Below, piece by piece: positions 56,824 to 64,000 of a DNA stretch of 64,000 nt. The position numbers and the translations under genes were made by a program. The notes under the pieces were generated by a model. It had not been told where the DNA came from. It did not search any database and saw only the letters and a list, made by a program, of their open reading frames with translations. The stretch comes from Terriglobia bacterium (GTDB lineage: Bacteria > Acidobacteriota > Terriglobia > 2-12-FULL-54-10). Location: the NCBI GenBank assembly GCA_963666975.2, contig CAXVYR010000002.1, forward strand, positions 256,001 through 320,000, written 5' to 3'. How positions within the stretch are numbered: the first letter of the stretch is position 1; the number at the start of each line of letters is the position of its first letter.

Positions 56824-58701
56824 CTACCATTGCGCAGCCGGTCCGCCGAGTTCTACCTGAGCCCCCGTGGGTTGCATGCCTAACTCGCGGGCCAGGGATG
56901 GAACCAAATGGACCACTTTGCCGCCCACCATAGTCATCAGGACCCGAACATTCAGAATGTCATCCACGGGAATGGTCAGGTAGTCTCTGTCCAATATCAC
57001 CAGGTCTGCCCATTTATTGGGCTCCAGGGAGCCCATGCGATCCTCGCGCATAGCATAATAAGCTCCCCAAATCGTCGCCGACTTGAGTATGGTTTCGCGG
57101 TTCACCGCCTGATTGGGGGCCGTTATATTGCCATCCTGATCCTTCCGGGTAATCCCTGCATAGAGGACTGTGAAGAAAGTCAGGTCGGTGTATCCAATGG
57201 GCCGGTCAATTTCGATGCTTGTCCTCACGCCGGCATCGAGCAGACTCTTCCGCGGGATCACCCATTGTGCCGCCTCCTCTCCATAGTCCCTCAATACCTC
57301 CTGCCCTCTTCCTTCCCAAATGAACAGGTCCCAGCCGCCCGTCTGTATACCCAGGTTCTTGATCCGAGGGATCTGGTCGGGACGAGGATTCATCCCCATA
57401 TGGTCATAGGTGTGCCGCTTCGCCCGAATCTCCTCTATTGTCATGCCCGCGTCTTTGCTGGCCTGCTCAATAATATCCAGAACGTGATCGATCTCCTTGT
57501 CGCCGACCATATGCGCTCCGGCGTAGCGGCCGCCGTCCTTGATGTATGCATACAAGATATCCCGATTCTCCTTGCCGCTGGGAGTATCCGGATCAAACTT
57601 GCAACTACCTTCCCGCTGTTTCACTTCGGGGGAGGTGCCCGGAAGCGTGCTGCAATTTCTGCCGTAGTCGGATGGGATGGCTCCGTTCAGCCAGAAGTAA
57701 TCTGATCCTCTGCCCTTCATGGTGATTATAAGCCTGCGAAGATAGGGGTCGAAGAGGATATTCTTCCGTTCCGGCCAGAAGTAAGTCCAGGGAAGCCGGA
57801 GCGACATCTCTCCGCTGCGGTCCAGCGCATCGTAGGCCGCAATCGCCCCGGCCGTATACATATTCGATGCGTTCATGGTGACTCCATAGCCTGCCCACCA
57901 GGATGTCCCCAAACGGTAGATTTCCTGCAACACATCCGGCGGGTAGAGCACGTCCTGTTCAAACTCCCGGTAACAGACCGCGCAGGTTCCGGTTTCCTCC
58001 ATGCGCGCGTTCACCGGCCTGTCGATCATGTCAAACTTTTCCCATTCCGCACCGTAATACTTCTTTACTTCGTCAATGGCATTCTGGTTTGCCACCATCC
58101 CGACAAAGCCCGCACGAACGATCACCGGATTATTGGGAGCAGCCAGATCCAGCATTTGCTTGGTTATCTGGCGCCCGAGATACCCGGAGATCCTCGTCCT
58201 CCCCCGATACTCTTTCCCGAACAGCATGCTGATCCGAATCCATTGGCCGGGCCGGGCCTTCCGGACTGCCTCCTCGAGAACTCGCGGAAACCTCTGGAGT
58301 TGCTGCTCGGGGGAATCTTCCAGGAACCGCTCCAGGTGCAGATCGTCTGTGACCACCTTTTTTACGATGTAGGGATTCAACGGGTCCCAGTCGGTGGGGT
58401 GATCGTGTGTGGCTGCCATGCCCGGCAGCACCGTCCGCCCCTTCAGGTCAATGCTCCGGGTATTGGGGCCCGCCAAGGCCCGAACCTGAGCGTTGGTTCC
58501 CACGGCCAGGATCGCATCTCCCCGGACAGCCAAAGCCTGAACGATGGCGCCTATGTTTGCATTGACCTCATGGTTGTCCACCGTCACGATCTTTCCGTTG
58601 TAGAGAATGGTATCCGGCGCTTGCTGGGCCCGGAGGGGACTCTGCACAGCGCAAAGGACACACATTGTTACCCCAACCCGCCAAATCCATCGACTTATCA
58701 T
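56824..58701 (-). CDS. Exported Amidohydro_3/YtcJ-like protein, array copy 4
   Basis: Start reassigned to MISRWIW (58701) because the upstream DNA matches the shared spacer; CAVC. Confidence 0.9.
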   Translation of the reverse strand: MISRWIWRVGVTMCVLCAVQSPLRAQQAPDTILYNGKIVTVDNHEVNANIGAIVQALAVRGDAILAVGTNAQVRALAGPNTRSIDLKGRTVLPGMAATHDHPTDWDPLNPYIVKKVVTDDLHLERFLEDSPEQQLQRFPRVLEEAVRKARPGQWIRISMLFGKEYRGRTRISGYLGRQITKQMLDLAAPNNPVIVRAGFVGMVANQNAIDEVKKYYGAEWEKFDMIDRPVNARMEETGTCAVCYREFEQDVLYPPDVLQEIYRLGTSWWAGYGVTMNASNMYTAGAIAAYDALDRSGEMSLRLPWTYFWPERKNILFDPYLRRLIITMKGRGSDYFWLNGAIPSDYGRNCSTLPGTSPEVKQREGSCKFDPDTPSGKENRDILYAYIKDGGRYAGAHMVGDKEIDHVLDIIEQASKDAGMTIEEIRAKRHTYDHMGMNPRPDQIPRIKNLGIQTGGWDLFIWEGRGQEVLRDYGEEAAQWVIPRKSLLDAGVRTSIEIDRPIGYTDLTFFTVLYAGITRKDQDGNITAPNQAVNRETILKSATIWGAYYAMREDRMGSLEPNKWADLVILDRDYLTIPVDDILNVRVLMTMVGGKVVHLVPSLARELGMQPTGAQVELGGPAAQW

Positions 58702-58870
58702 AACTTTTAACCTTTCAGCTATTGTGGGCAGCCTACTAAGAAAACCAGGCTGGCAGGATGCCGTTCCCACCAGCCTGGCGAATTGTGACTTCAAAGCTCC
58801 CCGGCTAACTCCCGGCTAACTCGATTGTTAATCTCTCGGTTAATTTCTTGCTACCGTCCTCAGGGGAAAC

Positions 58871-60736
58871 TTACCATTGCGCGGCCAACCCGCCAAGTTC
58901 CACCTGGGCCCCCGCAGGCTGCATGCCCAACTCACGGGCCAGGGAGGGAACCAAGTGTACCACCTTGCCGCCGACCATGGTCATCAAAACACGGAGGTTG
59001 AGAATGTCATCCTCCGGAACCGTCATGTAGTCCTTGTCGAGCACGATCAAGTCCGCCCATTTGCCTGGCTCCAGGGAGCCAAGCTGATCCTCTCGCATGG
59101 CGTAGTAAGCCCCCCAAAGCGTGGCGGACTTTAACATGGCTTGCCGGCTCAACGCCTGCTGCGGTGACGTAATAGCGCCGTTTTGATCCTTTCGGGAAAT
59201 TCCTGCATAGAGGACCGTGAAGAAGGTCAGGTCGGTGTATCCAAGGGGCCGGTCAATTTCGACACTCGTCCTGACTCCGCCATCGAGCAGGCTTTTTCGC
59301 GGGACGACCCATTGAGCCGCCTCCTCTCCGTAGTCCCTTAACACCTCTTGTCCTCTCCCTTCCCAGATGTAAAAGTCCCAGCCGCCTGTTTGCATGCCCA
59401 GATTCTTGAGCAGCGGGATCTGGTCCGGACGAGGATTAATTGCCATGTGGTCATAGGCGTGCCGCTTGGCCCGAATCTCCTCCAGTGTCATCCCCGCATC
59501 CTTGCTGGCTCGCTGGATGATCTCCAGAACGTAATCGATGTCCTTGTCGCCGCCGGTGTGCATCCCGGTAAATCGGCCGCCTGACTTGACGAGGTTATAT
59601 AAGGCCCGCTCAGCTGCGCTGCCTGGCACAAAACTGCATTCGGGTTCCTGCGCTTTTACCTCCGGGGAAGTGCCCGGCAAGGTGGTGCAGTCGGTGCCGA
59701 TCCCAGCCGGCCAGACTCCACCCATCCAGAGGTGATCCGATCCTATTCCCTGCATGAGGTTCATGGTAGCTCGAAAATAGGGGTCGGCAAAGTGGTCCGT
59801 TCCGTTCGACCCGAGCCAGGTCCAGGGAATTCGAATCACGATTTCGTCATTCCGGTCCAGGGTGCTGTAAGCGTTTAGGGCAGCGGCCGTGTAGATGGCC
59901 GATGCGTTTAAGGTCACCCCATAGCCAGCCCACCAGGAGGTCCCAATGCGGTAAATCTCCCGCAAAACATCATTCGGGTAGAGCACGTCCTGTTCTACAC
60001 CGCGGAAGCTGACGCTACCGAGTCCGTTTTGCTCAACCTCCGGCCCCAGAGGCCCCCAATGAGGCATGTTATCGCCCCCGTTCTCTTTGTACCACTGATT
60101 GGTCAGCTCATACGCCATTTGGTTGACCACCATTCCGACGAAGCCAGCGCGCACCAACACCGGGTTATCAGGAGCCGCCAGATCCAGTTGCTGCTTGGTA
60201 ATCTGCCGCCCCAGGAACCCTGTATTCTCTCTCATCCCTCGATATTCTCTGCCATGAAGCAGGCTGATCCGAATCCATTGGCCGGGCTTGGCCGCCCGAA
60301 CCGCCTCCTCCAAAACACGCGGGAATTGTTGGAGGTTCTGAGCCGGTGCTTCATTCAAGAAGCGCTCAATGTGCATATCATCGGTGACCACCTTCTTGAC
60401 AATGTAGGGATTCAGTTGGTCCCAGTCCATCGGGTGGTCGTGGGTGGCGGCAAAGCCCGGCAGCACGGTCCGACCTTTCAGGTCATGGGACTGGGTGTTA
60501 CTGCCTGCCATGCGGCGAATCTGTGTGTTGCTTCCCACGGCAACGATATCTCCATCCCGGATCGCAATCGCCTGTGCGATGGTGCCTACGTCTGCATTGA
60601 CCTCATGGTCGTCCACTGTTACGATCTTCCCGTTGTAAAGAATGGTATCCGGCGCTTGCTGGGCCCAGAGGAGGCTCTGTCCGGCCCAGAGTACACTTAC
60701 CATTACTGCAAATTGCAAAATCCATACCCGTCTCAT
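58871..60736 (-). CDS. Exported Amidohydro_3/YtcJ-like protein, array copy 5
   Basis: Same motifs; CxxC absent (GSVSFR). Confidence 0.9.
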   Translation of the reverse strand: MRRVWILQFAVMVSVLWAGQSLLWAQQAPDTILYNGKIVTVDDHEVNADVGTIAQAIAIRDGDIVAVGSNTQIRRMAGSNTQSHDLKGRTVLPGFAATHDHPMDWDQLNPYIVKKVVTDDMHIERFLNEAPAQNLQQFPRVLEEAVRAAKPGQWIRISLLHGREYRGMRENTGFLGRQITKQQLDLAAPDNPVLVRAGFVGMVVNQMAYELTNQWYKENGGDNMPHWGPLGPEVEQNGLGSVSFRGVEQDVLYPNDVLREIYRIGTSWWAGYGVTLNASAIYTAAALNAYSTLDRNDEIVIRIPWTWLGSNGTDHFADPYFRATMNLMQGIGSDHLWMGGVWPAGIGTDCTTLPGTSPEVKAQEPECSFVPGSAAERALYNLVKSGGRFTGMHTGGDKDIDYVLEIIQRASKDAGMTLEEIRAKRHAYDHMAINPRPDQIPLLKNLGMQTGGWDFYIWEGRGQEVLRDYGEEAAQWVVPRKSLLDGGVRTSVEIDRPLGYTDLTFFTVLYAGISRKDQNGAITSPQQALSRQAMLKSATLWGAYYAMREDQLGSLEPGKWADLIVLDKDYMTVPEDDILNLRVLMTMVGGKVVHLVPSLARELGMQPAGAQVELGGLAAQW

Positions 60737-60968
60737 AAATTTACCTCATCCTTTCATGTCGCAGCCTTTTAAAAATATGCGAGAAGTCGTGGACATCTTT
60801 ATCCTTGTCCTTAGATTGGCAAGAGGCCCCCGCATAGGGAGTACGTGGAAGAGTTGGAGAATGCGGAGACGTATCGTTCCCTTATCTGAGAGACCTCTAG
60901 CCGAAGCGTTGGAAAAGTGTAGGAGGAAGCCGAAGCTTCCTCCTTGCAAAACACCCTACTTACCATAG

Positions 60969-62831
60969 CTACCATTTGGAAGGTAATCCGCCGAGCTCCA
61001 CCTGTGCCCCCATGGGCTGCACCCCGATCTCGCGTGCCATCGAGGGAACCAAGTGCACGATCTTGCCTCCTGTCATGGTCATCAACACCCGCAGCTTCGG
61101 AATGTCATCCACGGGGATGGTCAAGTAATCTTTGTCTAAAACGATCAGGTCTGCCAACTTGCCGGGCTCCAACGAGCCGAGGTCATCTTCCCTGAATACA
61201 TAATAGGAACCCCAGGTTGTGGATACCTTCAGCATCGTTTCCCGGTCCACCCGCTGCTCGGGAGCAATCACATTTCCGTTCATGTCCCGGCGGGTAATTC
61301 CGGTGTGAAGGACCTGGAACATGTTCAGGTCGGTGTAACCCAAAGGCCGGTCCAACTCCAGCGTATTCATAATCTGGTTGGTAAGCAACCTCTTCCGGGG
61401 TGTCACCCATCCCGCAGCTTTTTCCCCGTACTCGCGCAGGATTCTCTCCCCGTTGCCTTCCCAGAGATAGAAGTCCCAGTTGCCCACCATCATACCCAGA
61501 TTCTTGATGCGCACCGCCTGATCATCCCTGGGAGACATCTGTCCATGATCGTAAGCATGCCGTTTGTCCCGAATCTGCGCCAGCGTCATCCCGGCGTCCT
61601 TGCTCCCCTGCTCGATGACATCCAGCAGGTGATCAATGTCCTTGTCCCCGCCGGTGTGGATGAGCGCGATCCGTCCGCCTGCCTTGACAAAGTTGTAAGT
61701 CCATTTGCGCATATCCGAACCGGGGGCGAGGGTGCAACCCGGCTCTCTTGCCTTCACATCCGGGGAAGTGCCCGGCAAGGTGGAGCAGTCAAAGGTCATC
61801 ATGGGAGAGGCGCCGACAAACCAGAAGTAATCCGTGCCTTCTCCCTGGCGAGTCGCGATATCAGCCAAAAAGTAGGGATCTTCGAAAGCTTTGTTAAAGG
61901 GCGGCCAGAAATATCCCCAGGGCAGGCGTATGGGCATTCTGTCTTCCCTTTGCAAGGTCCGGTAGCCGCGGATCTGCGCCGGGGCGTACAACATAGTGCC
62001 GTCGGTGGTGACGCCGTAGCCAGCCAGCCAAGACAGGCCATACTCGTTCATCTTCGTCCATACTTCGGGGTGATCCTTGTAGTAGATGATGTCCGGCTCG
62101 ATGAAGCGATAGATGACAGAGCCAGTGCCTGTCTCCTCGAAATTCCGTTCGGTGGCGAAAATATCCCCGACCCCGTCTCCCCAGAATTTTCTCATCTCCT
62201 CCAGGGCCCGTTCGTTGACCACCGCTCCCACAAAGCCGGCGCGGACCAGCACCGGATTATTCGGAGCCGCCAAGTCCAGATGCTGCTTGGTAATCTGGTT
62301 CCCCAACAGCGCTGTAATCTCTGCCCTATACCGATACTGTCTTCCAAAGGTCAGCGTAATGCGAACCCATTGACCCGGCTTGGCCGCACGGACCGCCTCC
62401 TCCAAAACACGCGGGAACTTCTGCAACGTCTCATCAGGAGGATCCTCCAAAAACCGTTCAATGTGGATATCGTCGGTCACCACTGCTTTTACAATGTATG
62501 GATTCAGCGGGTCCCAGTCCTGCGGGTGATCATGCGTATTGATGATGCCCGGCATAACCATCCGCCCTTTTAGGTCAATCACCTTCGTGCCCGATCCCGC
62601 CATGGCTCGAATCCGGGTATTGTTGCCCACGTGCAAGATTTTTCCATCCTTGATATGGATGGCTTGCGCAATGGTGCCCAGGTTCGAGGTGAACGATACG
62701 TTATCCACTGTCACAATTTTCCCGTTGTAAAGAATCGTATCCGAGCTTTGTTGGGCGCTCACCGGGCTACCTAGAAACGGTAACCAGACGCTGATCCACA
62801 ACACAAAAGCAGATAACTTATTTATACTCAT
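60969..62831 (-). CDS. Exported Amidohydro_3/YtcJ-like protein, array copy 6
   Basis: Signal peptide, NTHDH, HTGGDKDID, ELDRP; CxxC absent. Confidence 0.9.
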   Translation of the reverse strand: MSINKLSAFVLWISVWLPFLGSPVSAQQSSDTILYNGKIVTVDNVSFTSNLGTIAQAIHIKDGKILHVGNNTRIRAMAGSGTKVIDLKGRMVMPGIINTHDHPQDWDPLNPYIVKAVVTDDIHIERFLEDPPDETLQKFPRVLEEAVRAAKPGQWVRITLTFGRQYRYRAEITALLGNQITKQHLDLAAPNNPVLVRAGFVGAVVNERALEEMRKFWGDGVGDIFATERNFEETGTGSVIYRFIEPDIIYYKDHPEVWTKMNEYGLSWLAGYGVTTDGTMLYAPAQIRGYRTLQREDRMPIRLPWGYFWPPFNKAFEDPYFLADIATRQGEGTDYFWFVGASPMMTFDCSTLPGTSPDVKAREPGCTLAPGSDMRKWTYNFVKAGGRIALIHTGGDKDIDHLLDVIEQGSKDAGMTLAQIRDKRHAYDHGQMSPRDDQAVRIKNLGMMVGNWDFYLWEGNGERILREYGEKAAGWVTPRKRLLTNQIMNTLELDRPLGYTDLNMFQVLHTGITRRDMNGNVIAPEQRVDRETMLKVSTTWGSYYVFREDDLGSLEPGKLADLIVLDKDYLTIPVDDIPKLRVLMTMTGGKIVHLVPSMAREIGVQPMGAQVELGGLPSKW

Positions 62832-63104
62832 TGCTTCAGTACCTTTCCTAAACTAAGCTGCAGGTTGTTCGCCGCCTTGCAGAAAAATCGCCGGGCAATC
62901 GGAGAGATTTGCCCGTAGCCGGACTAAAGGACGCTCAGAAAGTATACCACTAATCCATGTCTTTTAGCGCATTAGGGCAGAGGAGATTTCTTCCCCGATC
63001 CCCGCTTGGATAGATGCCGAAATTCCTGTCTGCTTCGCCGGCGTATTGGAAGAGGCTGCTCAAGCACAAACCGAGGCCGGCACATTAAGGAAAGAATTTT
63101 TCAT

Positions 63105-64000
63105 TTACCACTGAGCAGCAGGACCAAGTAAAGCTTGGGCACCGGTCGGTTGCATGCCAATTTCCCGAGCCACCGACGGAACCAAGTGAACGGCTTTGCC
63201 TCCCACCACGGTCATGAGCACTCGGATGTTCTCAATGTCGTTTTCGGGTATTGTCAAGTAATCCCGATCGAGCACGATGAAATCGGCCCACTTCCCGGGT
63301 TCAAGCGAACCCAGTTCGTTCTCTTTCAGGATGTAATACGCACCCCAGGTCGTCGCCGTTTTCAGGGCGAGTTCCCGGCTGATCTTTTGATTCTGCCCGT
63401 AGACTTTGCCATCCCACGCCTTCCGATTGATCACACGCGCCAATGTCCAGAAGATGGTCAGATTGGTTGTGGACAATGCCCGATCGACTTCAAAGCCGCT
63501 GGGGATTTGGGCCTCGATCAACGACTTTTTCGGAACCACCCACTCCAGCGCTTTTTCCCCATAGGTTTCCAATATGCCAGGAGAGGCCTGATAGATTTCA
63601 AAAGCATCTCCCCCCAGGACCAGACCCAATTCCTTAATGAGCGGCAGCTGATCCGGCCGGGGGGACATCACATTGTGGTCGAACGTGTGTCTTTTGGCGC
63701 GGATCTGTTCTGGTGTGAAACCAGCCTCCTTGCTGGCTTTTGAAATAATATCGATTATGTTGTCGATGTCTCTGTCACCCACAGTATGGGTTACCGCGTA
63801 CCGGCCACCCATTTTCACCCACTGATACAGCATTTCGTAGTTTCTGGTTCCGGGATCATAAGCGCATGTTCGACGGCGTTGGGCTGCTTGCTCCGACAAG
63901 TCCACACGGGGCACCAAAGTGGTGCATCCAGCACCTACGGTTTGGGCGCCCCGGGAGCCGCTGTGCCAAAAATAGTCATTCCCGTTGCCGTTCATGGAAA
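63105..64000 (-). CDS. Amidohydro_3/YtcJ-like protein, array copy 7 (5' part outside window)
   Basis: HTVGDRDID, FDH, FEVDR, GSLEPGKWADFIVLD, C-terminal GPAAQW. Confidence 0.88.
   Translation of the reverse strand, partial: SMNGNGNDYFWHSGSRGAQTVGAGCTTLVPRVDLSEQAAQRRRTCAYDPGTRNYEMLYQWVKMGGRYAVTHTVGDRDIDNIIDIISKASKEAGFTPEQIRAKRHTFDHNVMSPRPDQLPLIKELGLVLGGDAFEIYQASPGILETYGEKALEWVVPKKSLIEAQIPSGFEVDRALSTTNLTIFWTLARVINRKAWDGKVYGQNQKISRELALKTATTWGAYYILKENELGSLEPGKWADFIVLDRDYLTIPENDIENIRVLMTVVGGKAVHLVPSVAREIGMQPTGAQALLGPAAQW

Noticed and set aside
50638-64000. Diversity-generating retroelement or integron-type cassette array
   Set aside because: No reverse transcriptase or integrase in the window, no adenine-specific template/variable pair noticed, and spacers lack recognisable attC structure; ordinary tandem duplication explains it

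Overview
64-kb bacterial window, probably from Acidobacteriota (inferred from the HTH+pilMNOPQ arrangement, an Oar-type TonB-dependent receptor and the repeat families). Bases 1-9.7 kb are housekeeping: thiE, accC, accB, an M24 peptidase and the type IV pilus operon. The rest is accessory and rich in exported proteins: c-type cytochromes, a GldAFG-like ABC system, a TlpA-like oxidoreductase, beta-propellers, a TonB-dependent receptor and a molybdenum-hydroxylase/amidase/UbiD catabolic cluster. It also holds several IS elements or relics (IS3 x3, IS1595, IS5, IS1380) and MITE/REP-like repeats. Two things stand out. (1) An exported beta-propeller gene (26829-29081) is split by a single in-frame TGA in the middle of a repeat blade and followed by a hairpin, making it a candidate new selenoprotein family; it sits beside thiol-redox genes. 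(2) A tandem array of at least 7 signal-peptide-bearing Amidohydro_3/YtcJ-like paralogs (50.6 kb to the window end) has non-canonical motifs, Cys pairs, co-duplicated spacers and patchwork similarity. No rRNA, tRNA or CRISPR array was seen. All calls come from reading the sequence; no database searches were run.
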